A stretch of 63,771 nucleotides of DNA, counting the filler, from Octopus bimaculoides (Eukaryota), in NCBI RefSeq assembly GCF_001194135.2. It is 9 parts of 8 records of this genome, joined end to end, with 100 filler letters (N's around TTAATTAATTAA, not from the genome) between each part and the next. Parts side by side here need not be neighbours in the genome. Positions count along the whole stretch, not along the records: positions 1 to 15,802 come from NC_068991.1; 8 more parts are not named here. One strand, written 5' to 3'. The notes below the pieces were generated by a model. That model was not told where the DNA came from, searched no databases, and was given only the letters and a program-made list of their open reading frames with translations. Shown here in pieces: positions 1 to 12,687 of the stretch (positions within the stretch are counted from its first letter, which is position 1; the number at the start of each line of letters is the position of its first letter). Made by a program: the position numbers and the translations under genes.

Positions 1-456
1 GTATGAAAAGTAACGTTCTTAAGATTATAAACCTGGAAAAGTAAAGGACAAGTTATTACACATGTAAAAGTATAGGACAAGATATTACTTCTAGTAAAGT
101 AAAGAATAAGAATCTTTTTACTTAAAATATTGGAGCAGAGAATGCCAGTTCTTCTAATTTATCTCTCTTTAAATTTCTCATCTTTTAAATTTATTGTACA
201 AAACTGTTCGGCTAATTTGTAAGTTTGTCTAATTAGTCGGTTTTTTTTTCTGTATTTAAGGTAGTAAATTAGCCAAATTCTACTTAAATGAGTACAGTGT
301 TATTTGTAAGCTATAATAAAATAATTATTAATATTCAAATTTTAATTTTAGCTGCAGTATTTTAAGTAAAAATTTTCTTATTCTTTACTTTACTAACATA
401 ATAGCTTGTCCTGTACTTTTCCAGGTTTATAATCTTAAGAATATTACTTTTCATGC
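1..456. mobile_element. Foldback/MITE-like element with long inverted arms (left end outside window)
   Basis: 1-138 is the imperfect reverse complement of 351-456 (gtatgaaaagtaacgttcttaagattataaacctggaaaagt vs acttttccaggtttataatcttaagaatattacttttcatgc). Confidence 0.7.
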
Positions 457-1298
457 TCGCATTTTTTCAAGTAAACCATGATTTTTCTAGGCATTGCTGT
501 TCTAAGATAATTAATAATGTGTCAATTAATAATTTAAAATTTTAACTTATAAAATACTGAAAGATAATATTTCAATTTTTCCATGTAAGTGATGATAATA
601 TTTCAATTTTTTTCATGTTTAATTTAAATATATGTTGTGATTTAATTATTTGATATTACCCATCCACACCAAATTAATGGCAGGGAATTTTACCATCTTG
701 TTGGTTGCACCATGTCTCACCAAAAGTTATAAACAAGACCCCAAAATCATCAGTTACCAGGCTCGCCTTAAGTAACTTAGATTTTGAGTGGGGGATAATA
801 GCACTGACAGATGATAATCTAGATCTATCAATAATTATTCAATACAACAGTAATTATAAAAGCATATCAGATATACACAAGTTAAAATTACCTACATCCC
901 ATTGATATAAATTTGATTTATGAAAAATCCCTTTTAATTAATTTTGAAATTTAAAAAGTAAATTTAGAATATAAGCACTTTTAACCAGTGCCTTTTCTGG
1001 ACAGCCTTACTACATGCCTTCAGGTCTGCCCATAGAGACACAGCCAAAAATGACAATATTCCTGCCTCAATAAATTTAGATGAACATATCTGAAGCATAT
1101 AACGCATTAATGAACTAGCCTGATTAAATAATTAACTAGAAAGAAAAGGAAAGCAACTAAAAAGGAAAAGCAAAAAACGCAGAAAGCAAGTTAATTAAAG
1201 CTGAAAGAAAAAATAATAATAAAAGTTAAACTTGCCCTAATTTAACAGCATATAAAAAATAACTTTTTTAAATACTTAATTAAAAAAATTAAATATAA

Positions 1299-1395
1299 GA
1301 AAGGTAAAGTCGACATTGGTGGAATTTGAACTCAAAGACAGACGAAATACCGTCAAGCATTTCACCTGGTACGATAACGTTACTGCTAAGTCGAC
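1299..1395 (-). mobile_element. tRNA-derived SINE family A, 5' fragment
   Basis: gaaaggtaaagtcgac..ggaatttgaactc..gacgaaataccg is the reverse complement of the head seen in other copies (e.g. 12100, 40110). Confidence 0.7.
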
Positions 1396-2436
1396 GTCGT
1401 AGTCCGCAAGTTTTCATTTCAGAAATATATTCTTATCTGAACATTATAGCTTGGGCCGTTACTTCTTTCTTCCTCACTTATTGACAATAAATTTCATTAC
1501 ATTTCACCTCATAACTTTTTTCTAGTAATTTTTGTTCAATGCAACTAACAATTCTGAATTCCTTGTGCATTTTTCTATACTTTTATTTTAAAATAAAAAA
1601 AAATTACGTTAATTGAAGATGAATAGGTGCTTTACTGCCCCCGTTGAGATCGCAGATATTTTGATGTTACCTTTTTTCTACTGAACCAAATCTCAAACTA
1701 TTTATGCCAATGTGTAGCAAAACCGTAACTACTTCATATGGGCCCTCATAAATGAACATATAATTAAATAAATAAATAAATAAATAAAATAATGATAGTA
1801 ATAAAAGTAATAATAATATTATTGATNNNNNNNNNNNNNNNNNNNNNNNNNNNNNNNNNNNNNNNNNNNNNNNNNNNNNNNNNNNNNNNNNNNNNNNNNN
1901 NNNNNNNNNNNNNNNNNNNNNNNNNNNNNNNNNNNNNNNNNNNNNNNNNNNNNNNNNNNNNNNNNNNNNNNNNNNNNNNNNNNNNNNNNNNNNNNNNNNN
2001 NNNNNNNNNNNNNNNNNNNNNNNNNNNNNNNNNNNNNNNNNNNNNNNNNNNNNNNNNNNNNNNNNNNNNNNNNNNNNNNNNNNNNNNNNNNNNNNNNNNN
2101 NNNNNNNNNNNNNNNNNNNNNNNNNNNNNNNNNNNNNNNNNNNNNNNNNNNNNNNNNNNNNNNNNNNNNNNNNNNNNNNNNNNNNNNNNNNNNNNNNNNN
2201 NNNNNNNNNNNNNNNNNNNNNNNNNNNNNNNNNNNNNNNNNNNNNNNNNNNNNNNNNNNNNNNNNNNNNNNNNNNNNNNNNNNNNNNNNNNNNNNNNNNN
2301 NNNNNNNNNNNNNNNNNNNNNNNNNNNNNNNNNNNNNNNNNNNNNNNNNNNNNNNNNNNNNNNNNNNNNNNNNNNNNNNNNNNNNNNNNNNNNNNNNNNN
2401 NNNNNNNNNNNNNNNNNNNNNNNNNNNNNNNNNNTT

Positions 2437-2541
2437 CAATACAGTAACCATAAGAGCACCACAGCAAATCACAGCACATCCCCAAGGCGCACAGAACTGC
2501 GCTCGGTAGTGAAGTGAAAGCACGTTATAAAAATAAAACTA

Positions 2542-2546
<5 letters not shown>
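2437..2546 (+). mobile_element. Probable 3' end of an R4/Dong-like LINE running into (AAT)n
   Basis: ...gcgctcggtagtgaagtgaaagcacgttataaaaataaaactactg directly followed by (aat)n; assignment from recalled family 3' end. Confidence 0.45.
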
Positions 2547-2609
<63 letters not shown>

Positions 2610-2669
2610 TAAAATAACAACAACAACAACAACAACAACAACAATAATAACAATAATAATAATAATAAT

Positions 2670-3292
2670 CATTAACTGATCGGAAGTATTATCGTATACA
2701 CGTTTTGTCTTGGTATAAAAGATGGCCTACAGCAAATATTCTGCACAAATGCCATGATGCAGTACCAGGCAGTGGCTCTCATGGCTTCTGCTTTTAACTG
2801 ATTAAAAGTGTTATCATGTACATTTTTTGTCTTGGTAAAAAAAAAAGGGCTGCTACAAATATTCTGCTCTGTGCAACAAACTTGCTTGTTAGTTATTTGA
2901 CCTTAGCCACTTGAGTATGTCCCTTGGTAGCTGACGATATGTGCATCTCTGATCACGAGCACAAGTAGTGGGGGAGCATCGTAACCATGTGTTGAGAGGA
3001 ATTCTTTTAGGTTTGAATAATCCATCTTTGGAAACATGACCGTTTCGTTCAACATCCTTAAACAAACCTTATGCAAGGACATTTTGAGCGGGGTGGGCTA
3101 CTTGACCTGAAGAAAATTCTAACTGGGCCCCACCTACAAGGTCATGCGCTTTTTATCTTGAAATGAGATCACCATGTCGCGCACATCTGGTTGTGATGCA
3201 TGTTCCTTGTGTATTCTTATCCGATGGGTTTACTGGGCTTCCTATATTTTACCCCAATGTCACTTTGATGGCATGCACTGCTCTCTCACTTA
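2670..3292. mobile_element. Interspersed repeat embedded between (AAT)n arrays (possible Dong-associated non-autonomous element)
   Basis: Bounded on both sides by (aat)n; internal ~40-bp duplication tgtcttggt..aaa..g..ctacagcaaatattctgc (near 2707 and 2828); no coding capacity. Confidence 0.5.
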
Positions 3293-3436
3293 ATAATAAT
3301 AATAATAATAATGATGATGATGATGATAATGATGATGATGATGATGATAATAATAATAATAATCTTTGAATTGAGACCATGAGCCACACACACACACACA
3401 CACATATCAAGTAAGTACTTTTTGAGTCCTAGAACC

Positions 3437-3630
3437 CGGTTTCCCTGGCGCCTAATTGAGTGTGTACCCAGCATACCCCTTGTACGAGACACCAGTTCGT
3501 CACTGAGTTACACATATACAGATGAGTGAACTGGAGCAATGTGAAATGAAACGTCATGCAAACGCACCGCTCGATCAAGGAATCGAAACCTCGACCTTGC
3601 GAGAGTGTAACGCACAAACCTCTACGCTAC
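3437..3630 (-). mobile_element. tRNA-derived SINE family C
   Basis: ggaatcgaaacc (B box, reverse) and ctggagcaatgtgaaatgaa match the reverse complement of the 20359 SINE. Confidence 0.7.
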
Positions 3631-4031
3631 GTTCCTATATACACATATATCTTCTTGCTTTTTCTGTCAACACTTCAAATGTAAGATCACTTCCCTGAAG
3701 ACGAAGTTTCGTCTCATCTGACGATGGAATCAATCTACACACATTATTTTTAGATTACCGACCCCCAACCCTTTTAAATCTTGATACCATTTCTATTCTA
3801 TGTAAGTCGAACTTTTTTTTATATGTAAACATATATACGCTTTTCGTATTTCATGTATTTAATATATCTTGCACATTGACCTACCCAACTCGCTTATCCT
3901 TGCATTTACGTCTCTACCCGCTCAAGTTTAACCCCCTTGAGCACTATAAGTGTATTCTATACGGAGAATATATTATCGTCTTCTATGAACTATGTGTGTG
4001 CGTGTGTGTATTTACATATATATATATATAG

Positions 4032-4075
<44 letters not shown>

Positions 4076-4757
4076 ATATATATATATATATATGTATTTA
4101 TATATATAATATGTATATATATATATGTATATATATATATATGTATGTATATGTATATGTATATATATGTGTATATANNNNNNNNNNNNNNNNNNNNNNN
4201 NNNNNNNNNNNNNNNNNNNNNNNNNNNNNNNNNNNNNNNNNNNNNNNNNNNNNNNNNNNNNNNNNNNNNNNNNNNNNNNNNNNNNNNNNNNNNNNNNNNN
4301 NNNNNNNNNNNNNNNNNNNNNNNNNNNNNNNNNNNNNNNNNNNNNNNNNNNNNNNNNNNNNNNNNNNNNNNNNNNNNNNNNNNNNNNNNNNNNNNNNNNN
4401 NNNNNNNNNNNNNNNNNNNNNNNNNNNNNNNNNNNNNNNNNNNNNNNNNNNNNNNNNNNNNNNNNNNNNNNNNNNNNNNNNNNNNNNNNNNNNNNNNNNN
4501 NNNNNNNNNNNNNNNNNNNNNNNNNNNNNNNNNNNNNNNNNNNNNNNNNNNNNNNNNNNNNNNNNNNNNNNNNNNNNNNNNNNNNNNNNNNNNNNNNNNN
4601 NNNNNNNNNNNNNNNNNNNNNNNNNNNNNNNNNNNNNNNNTAGCCTGATAGACCCTGCTATGTCAAGATGGACTTATATATTCTTCCTCTGCTCTCTCCC
4701 ACTTGGTTTTAATATGTTGCCACATTTGTAATATGTCTTTTTTTCTACATTTTTTCG

Positions 4758-4846
4758 TGCAGCTGAAGATTGCTCTTCATATTGCATTTAAGGTAATGCT
4801 CACATTACTTAAATAAATTGAAGTAGCATGAAACGTGCGTACTGCA
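4758..4846 (+). ncRNA. Type I hammerhead ribozyme, long-stem-II family, in a PLE pseudo-LTR-like sequence
   Basis: Stem I tgcag/ctgca; CTGAAGA 4763-4769; long stem II; GAAA 4830-4833; stem III ACG-tg-CGT; GUA cleavage triplet ending 4841. Confidence 0.7.
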
Positions 4847-4951
4847 ATCACTTTTGAAATCCGTGTTGCTTATTATTTGATTTTAATCACCCATCCTTTT
4901 GGGATGTGATATTCGGGTGCCTTCGCATAAGTACCATATTCAAGCCTTGAA

Positions 4952-4985
<34 letters not shown>

Positions 4986-5821
4986 CATATATATTGTCTT
5001 TTTTTTTCATCTTTTACGTGTTTTAGTAGGGTATAAAGGGTATAGTTGAAGGCACTTGCCCAAATTGGCGTACAGTGTGACTGAACCTGGACCTATGTAG
5101 TTGGGAATCAAATTTTTCACCACACGACCACACCTGTGCCTACATACATACATACATACATACATACATACATACATACATACATGTACACATACACACG
5201 TATGTATGTATGTATGTATGTATGTATGTACGTTTGTATGTATATGTCATGGTTTAACTTTTTTTCGTATTGGACAATAACGAGACATAATCACTTCTTT
5301 CTACTTAAAGTTCCGCAGTTTTTAAATAAGTGCTCTACATGCAAATAAGACTTGCCATTATTACAAACTTTTGCCTTGTGCTTGCTTTAAATAGCGGCTT
5401 TCTATATAATTTCTTTGTTTGATGAATGAGGGCATAATTGTGCTTTGATAATTGGTCAATGAAACCGTGTCACATAAGTTGGGATAATCTCCTTTATTTT
5501 TCTGCATACGAATGAAATGACATGCTTTGACATCTGTTCAAAACTCCACAACAAATTTTTTTAAAAGTAGCTCATTTGAATACTATCTTTTATACACATA
5601 TACACATCCCCCTACAAACACAAGCAGATCTATGTATGCATGTATATATACGTCTGTGTGTGAGAGAGAGTAAATATGTGTGCTTATATATGTATATGTG
5701 AGCATGCCTATATAAGATAAAATTTTTATAAAGCTAACTGCTTTATGAACCGATTTAAAAATGTTCTGATTTATTTTTTACAGCTAATAAAACACTGCAA
5801 ATGTGAATAGAAATAAGTTCC

Positions 5822-5908
5822 GAAGTATTGAATAGTATTTTCTGTAGATGAAGTATTAAATAGTATTTTCTGTAGATGAAGTATTGAATAGTATTTTCTG
5901 TAGATGAA
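5822..5908. repeat. 28-bp tandem repeat x3
   Basis: gaagtatt(g/a)aatagtattttctgtagat at 5822, 5850, 5878. Confidence 0.95.
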
Positions 5909-5940
5909 TGCTTTATTCATATAATATTGAATAGTATATT

Positions 5941-6087
5941 CCGTTGAGGTCGACTTTGCCTTTCATCCTCTCGGGGTCGATTAAATAAGTACCAGTTATG
6001 CACTGGGGTCGATGTAATCGACTTAATCCCTTTGTCTGTACTTGTTTGTTCTCTTTATGTTTAGCCCCCTGTGGGCAATAAAGAGAT
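5941..6087 (+). mobile_element. 5'-truncated SINE family A with 19-bp TSD
   Basis: taatattgaatagtatatt at 5922-5940 and 6088-6106 flanks ccgttgaggtcgactttgcctttcatcc... Confidence 0.9.
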
Positions 6088-6809
6088 TAATATTGAATAG
6101 TATATTTATCGTATGAAAGTTTTATTCTCATGAAGAAGCATATATGCATATGTATAGTAGATATTATTATAAGTATTTCATACATACCCTGTGTCATAGG
6201 GCCTCGCCTTCATCGACTAGACTGAAGATAACACAGAGACACATACCCTTACACACACTCACACACATACAGATACACATACACGTACTCACACACACAC
6301 ATATGTGTGTATGTATATGTGTGTGTGTGTGTGTGTGTACACGTATAAATAACTGATACATTTTCCATATTATTTATATTATCTCTGCTCCCAGAGAAGG
6401 TAGAACACTTGCTTGGTGGCAGTTGGTACCTCCTCCAAATAAGAACCGGGGACAACTGTAAGGATAAAGAATTTCTCCAAAACTGATACGCTGCTAAGGA
6501 AATTTGTCTGATTTTCTGAAGATAAAGGGATAGCTCTTCGTACATGTTTCTACTTCAGCATACGTCATCAGCACATCAGTTGTCCCATTTTATTTCCAGC
6601 TGACAAGATAAACAAATACAGAATATGAAGAGGAGGCTTCAACACATTTATAACCTAGAAAAATTTGCGTAAATGAAACGAAAATGAGCCGCGATAAGTT
6701 ACTTGTAGTGGCAAGTGGCATATTTTGTTGATAAATTAAAATACTTGCTAAATACTGAGATCGATGATATCAACTTCCCGCCCCTCACAACATTGTTATC
6801 CTATCAGAA

Positions 6810-7218
6810 ACTATTATTAGCGCATTGTACAAAATGCATTGCCTTTCATTCTTTCGGGATCGACAGAATAAAGTACCATTGAAGTTCTAGGGAACTCCTC
6901 AAAATTCCTGACATTATACCATTTCAGGCTTTTTAGATTCTGAGTTTAAATCAAACTTATCTTTCATCCTTTCGAAGTCGATAAAATAAAGAACCACTCA
7001 GTTACTGGGATTGATGATATCGACTTCTCTCCTCCCTTCAAAATTTTTAGTTTTTGCCACTTCTTATTTACGCTCTGAGTTCAAATCCTATGGAAACCGT
7101 TTTTCCCTTCCATCCTTTCAAGGTCGGTAAATTTGAGTACCTATTCAATACAGGAGTCGATGTAATCAACTAACCCCCACCCACTAAAATTTGCTGAACT
7201 TGTGCCCACATTTGAAGC
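6810..7218 (+). mobile_element. Cluster of about three decayed SINE family A pieces
   Basis: Repeated ctttcatcctttc..gtcgataaa..agtacc..gtcgatgtaatc motifs. Confidence 0.65.
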
Positions 7219-7568
7219 TATTATTATTGTTATTGTAGTTATTATTATTGTTCTTGTTTAACACAACAATTTCGCTGGGAGATGTAAAAAAAAAGTGTCT
7301 GCTATCCAGAACCGGTGGACTCAAGTAACACTCTTCATTTTGATTTCGAGAATTTTGAAGATTCCTGCGCTTCCAAACAACTCTTTCTACACATTAGCAC
7401 CTGTCATTTGAATTCAGTTTGCAACTTCGTACTTATAGTGCACAGGACTGTCGATAGCCCCTTATTGGAACCCTATTTTCATTTACTGGCTTGCAGAATT
7501 AATAGGGCTCCATGATAACAGCGTTTATCTGTTTACTTCTGCCTCTTTTCATGACTTGCTGTAGTTTG

Positions 7569-7631
<63 letters not shown>

Positions 7632-7686
7632 NNNNNNNNNNCACACACACACACACACACAAACACACAAACGCGCGCGCGCACAC

Positions 7687-7737
<51 letters not shown>

Positions 7738-8053
7738 CACACATGCTTAACAGTTAGAGTGTCTGCAGGATTAGCAAAATGAATTACTCAAATTATTGAA
7801 ACATAAATATCATTTAATTAACGCAGGAGTTATACGTAAGCTACTTCAAGTTTCATGCTCGGATAGTGCAACTAGTACGTTCTGAAAACAAAACTTTGAT
7901 TAAAAAAAACGATCTCGGTACAAAAGTTGAAGCTTAATCCTCTGTCAGTGTTGACGTAGCATTTATGCAGTGTTGCTCTCCATACAAACATATATGCATG
8001 TGTGTGCATGTGTGTGTGTGACTGTGTCTGTGTAATTCAAACTACAGCGCACG

Positions 8054-8094
<41 letters not shown>

Positions 8095-9289
8095 ACAAAC
8101 ACACACACATACATGCATATGACTAGACGGGCGTGTTATTGAAAATTGACTTTTTCCGCATTTAATCTTTTGTATTAGGGTTTTTCATTTCTCCATTTAA
8201 AACTTTAGCGATAAAGATATACATATTTGGTTGCAGCCAGCGTTAAGATTTAACATATATAGAAGCACAAGAAGTCCGTCTGAAGCTCAAAATATAGAAC
8301 TATTTATTGTTAAAGGAAACAATTACGAACGATAAAAGAGACATGTTTACATCAAGTTAAATAGTTTAACAGCTTGTGATAGTTGTTGCATGTCGAGAAA
8401 GTCAGTACACATGAGTGGTGTTTGTTCTACCAGTTGACTGGCTAAAGCCATGTGTCACCACTAGTGACTAGCGAAAAGACAATTCTGTATATAGATAGAG
8501 GTTTTGTCAAGGGAAAAGTGTGCCAAAAGCAAAATGGTAATGGATTCTGCTTCTATCAGAGATTAAAGTGGTCAGTTTCTTGTTGACACCATTAATCCTC
8601 AATTGAACCCCTCTCGTCTTACTTAATTTTTCATTACGTTAGGATACAGTGATTTCTACAAGAGATTTGATTTGTCAGTTCTTTACTGACGTCATCAATC
8701 TCTAACAAATTCCTAGTCGTATTTTTGCGTTCAATTCCTAAGCAGTGAGTTGCTGTTTCAGACCCTCTACAAGATCTTTGTAGCTTGTTTGGAGCAACAG
8801 AGGGTCTAAATTCATTTTTTTTCTCCAATTCATCATCAGGATATAGAATAGCTTTGACTTCCCTACTACATTTTTTTAATAACAGGTGACTTTTTTTCAT
8901 TCAAACTTTACTGGCAGCGTTTTACCATTAGCTAAAATTAACACAAAAATAGCATACACATATCACAAACAGAAGAAACATGACTGATGACGTCTACCTC
9001 TTATGGGCTAGAACACGTTCCTGATGACGTAGAACTCATAACGGTCAAATTCTGACTGTAAATTTTGCACAAATAAAAGTAGTTCAGTATAACAGGCATT
9101 TTAGAGACCAACACTACCTCATATCCAAATAATTTACTGAGACGTTTTCTAAACAGCATGTTTAAAAGAAAATGTGTTCCCGTATATGTAAATATGTATG
9201 TGCGTATGCATGTATATATGTGTGTGTGTCTGTGTGTGCGCGGGTGTGTATATGTCTGTTTGTCTGTCTGTCTGTCTATCTGTATGCAT

Positions 9290-9490
9290 GCATGTTTCAG
9301 TCATTGGACTCATTTGTTTCAGTCATTGGACTGTGACCATTCTGGGGCACCGTTTTGAAGGATTTTAATCAACTAAATGGACCCCTGTAATTGATCCTTT
9401 TTTTTGTTGTTTTGGGTGTGTTTGGGGGATGTAAACGAACCATTGCCAGTGGTCATGCTGTGGCAAAGATGACAAGCACAGATACAAAGA
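9290..9490 (-). mobile_element. SINE family B 3' fragment
   Basis: tgtttcagtcattggactgtgaccattctggggcaccg matches the full copy at 46070-46497. Confidence 0.6.
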
Positions 9491-9544
9491 CACCCTACCT
9501 CCTGACTTTCACCTATGCTTGTTGGTGCAAGGCTTCCACTTCAC

Positions 9545-10284
9545 ACTCCAACTTAACTTAATTTGTCCTTTTAGTTGAAAGACACCTGTTGTAATTCTTG
9601 TTGTCGCACATAGCTTAGGTTTTTGGGGCCTACCAATTTTGAACAGTCTCAAGTGTAACATGCCGAAACTGTAGTGATTATTGGAAACTTGACTGATGAA
9701 TAGAAAGCCACGAATGTTCCGTCCTGGTTTTCTTGTCCGTCTTAGTATCTAGATGTTTCTTGAGATCCCTTACTTATCATACCTAGGGCACCCCAATAAC
9801 AGGAACATTTCTCGCTTTAAGATGTCACATCTTTTGTATTTCAATTTTCAATCCTTATAGTTACTTAATTTGTGAAAATCCTTAACAGATATATCTTTTA
9901 TCAGTGGAAACACCTATATTTATTAGTCTACAAGTATTTTCTTCTCAGTCTTTAATGACTATGTCTGGTCGATTAGTCTGGTTGATTAGTCTGGACCGTT
10001 CTGTCGGTGTTGACTGAAAAATCCCAGAGGATAGTGACATTTTTACCTTCAACGATTGGCTCAGGAGGATGTTCATATCAGTAAGCGGGAGTGCTGATTT
10101 TGTAGTGTTCGCATATTTTCCAGTATGAATACTGACCTACCCTATCGTGGAGATAGGGTATTCGTTTGTATTCGTTTGGTGTCAGCAAAGAGCATACCGA
10201 GAAGAGATGGTTTATTGCTTCATCAAATTTATCGCGGAATCTGCATTTAGGGTCAGAACTGTTTTGACGAACGTTAGCCTGGTA

Positions 10285-10285
<1 letters not shown>
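9545..10285 (-). mobile_element. R4/Dong-like non-LTR retrotransposon, 5'-truncated (CCHC region + REL endonuclease)
   Basis: Translates NYQANVRQNSSDPKCRF..HLFSVCSLL..HDRVGQY..WKICEHY, then VTILWDF..NTDR..RPDIVIKD..GALGMI; begins at a (TAA)n array. Confidence 0.85.
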
Positions 10286-10349
<64 letters not shown>

Positions 10350-10350
10350 G

Positions 10351-11030
10351 GTTTTTTTTCATTCTTCAATTTTCTTCCATTTCTCGACGAGTGTTTTCCG
10401 TACACATAGGGCAGAGAAGCTCATTGTATGCATTCCCAGTTTACACACGCAAATTGACAGGTAAAATATGTATGTAAAAAAAAATTAATAAATAAATAAA
10501 TTCATGAATGGATGTTGTTTTCACAGCGATAATGCTCTTCTTAGTACATGAGTCGTTCCAGTTAACACGATTTTTGGCACTTCCTGTAGGGGTGGTGGGC
10601 CTGATATCATTTTCAAATAGGTTTCAATACCTTTTTTTTATCATTTCTAGATATCCTACAATCACTGGTACGGTAGTCGCCTTGAGATGCCACACTTTTT
10701 CAATTTCTAATAGCAAGTCTTTGTATTTACTGATCTTGTCAAATTCTTTCGCCGCTATATTGTGATCACAAGGAATACTCATGTCAATTAATAAACACAT
10801 CTTTTTGTCTGATCTTTTATAATAATATCCGGTTAATTAGCTTTTATAGTTTTGTCGGTATGTACGGGGAAGTCCCAGAGAATCGATACATTTTCTCCCT
10901 CAGTCACAGCTTCAAGATGGTGTTTATACCATTTGTCAGCGGTTTTGATTTTATAATGCCGACATATTGTCCAGTGTAAATACTGGCCGACTCTGTCATG
11001 TCTTGCTTTATATTCTACAGGTGCTAAGAC
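10351..11030 (-). mobile_element. Second R4/Dong-like copy (REL domain, stop codon, 3' UTR ending in (TAA)n)
   Basis: LAPVEYKARHDRVGQYLHWTICRHY..ILWDFPVHTDKTIKAN*PDIIIKD..LIDMSIP..KYKDL..TTHVLRRALSL*. Confidence 0.9.
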
Positions 11031-11590
11031 TCTACACCCTGAGATTAGGTGGTCTATAATAATAATAATAATGATAATAATAATNNNNNNNNNNNNNNNN
11101 NNNNNNNNNNNNNNNNNNNNNNNNNNNNNNNNNNNNNNNNNNNNNNNNNNNNNNNNNNNNNNNNNNNNNNNNNNNNNNNNNNNNNNNNNNNNNNNNNNNN
11201 NNNNNNNNNNNNNNNNNNNNNNNNNNNNNNNNNNNNNNNNNNNNNNNNNNNNNNNNNNNNNNNNNNNNNNNNNNNNNNNNNNNNNNNNNNNNNNNNNNNN
11301 NNNNNNNNNNNNNNNNNNNNNNNNNNNNNNNNNNNNNNNNNNNNNNNNNNNNNNNNNNNNNNNNNNNNNNNNNNNNNNNNNNNNNNNNNNNNNNNNNNNN
11401 NNNNNNNNNNNNNNNNNNNNNNNNNNNNNNNNNNNNNNNNNNNNNNNNNNNNNNNNNNNNNNNNNNNNNNNNNNNNNNNNNNNNNNNNNNNNNNNNNNNN
11501 NNNNNNNNNNNNNNNNNNNNNNNNNNNNNNNNNNNNNNNNNNNNNNNNNNNNNNNNNNNNNNNNNNNNNNNNNNNNNNNNNNNNNNNNNN

Positions 11591-11655
<65 letters not shown>

Positions 11656-11657
11656 TG

Positions 11658-11721
<64 letters not shown>

Positions 11722-12099
11722 CTTCCCTCTCGGGTTTATCCAATGAGATTAGCGAATGAGGACTTTATAGGTTTAACAAAAGAAAAAAAAAACTCACAAA
11801 GTTGTCAAAATCGGACGTGATCTTTGAGAGGCAAGCATCTCCATATCCTAGGGAGGAAAATGGGAGCCACTTTGACTGACAAATGGTATATTTCAATAGA
11901 AGTTACGGCCATATTTAATTCTAAATTGCACCAGTCAAGGCCTGAACGATCGAAACTTATACTGATGGTCGAGATATATGCTACGGCTTCGCAAAAACAA
12001 ACATCTGCTTCGGAATGCATAAAAAAGTTCAAGAACGAAAGTGAATGGGAAAAATTAGTGAAAATGGTGGCCTAAAGGTAGAAATGCTTTGGGGAAATC

Positions 12100-12495
12100 C
12101 AGCGAGCTGGCAGAATCGTTAGCGCATCGGACAAAACTCTTATCGGTGGTATTTCTTCCGGTTGTTTACGTTGAGTTATACCGCCGAGGTCAACTTTATC
12201 TTTCATCCTTTCGGGGTCAATAAATTTGAGTAGCAGCTAACACTCTCTTTCTAAAATTGCTGGCCTTGAAAGAAGCGTATAAGATGGCAAGCTGGCTGAA
12301 TTCTTAGCGCATAGGACAAATTTCTTTGCAGTTTTTTCTTCCTGCTCTATACGTTTTGAGTTCCAACGCCCCTAAGATCTGTTTCGCCTTTTAGCCTCTC
12401 GGGGTCGATAAAATATAGTAGCCGTCAAGAACTGGGGTCGATGTAATCGACTTCTCCTTCCTCTCAAAATTACTGTTATTGTGCCCAAATCAAAA
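12100..12495 (+). mobile_element. Two adjacent SINE family A copies
   Basis: gcgagctggcagaatcgttagc heads at about 12100 and 12290; ctttcatcctttcggggtc bodies. Confidence 0.8.
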
Positions 12496-12641
12496 AAAAG
12501 AATCTAATATTTTATTATTAAATCAGAAAGTATTTGAAATGACTCGGGATATTTCCTATTTATTGGGGTTAATCAGAGTTAAGTATAATTGTTGATATTT
12601 AAGGTTTAACTTGTAATAATATTCAGCAATTTCTGTTTCAG

Positions 12642-12687
12642 TGCCTGGTGTACCCTACTGATGAGCAATTTGTAACCCTGATGAAAG
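12642..12687 (+). CDS. Candidate host exon (CLVYPTDEQFVTLMK), gene unknown
   Basis: ttctgtttcag acceptor, AAG|gtatgt donor, 46 nt with one open frame; no protein match recognised. Confidence 0.3.

Noticed and set aside
3690-3740. ctgaaga / gtttcg / ctgacga cluster
   Set aside because: Cannot be folded into a hammerhead on either strand.
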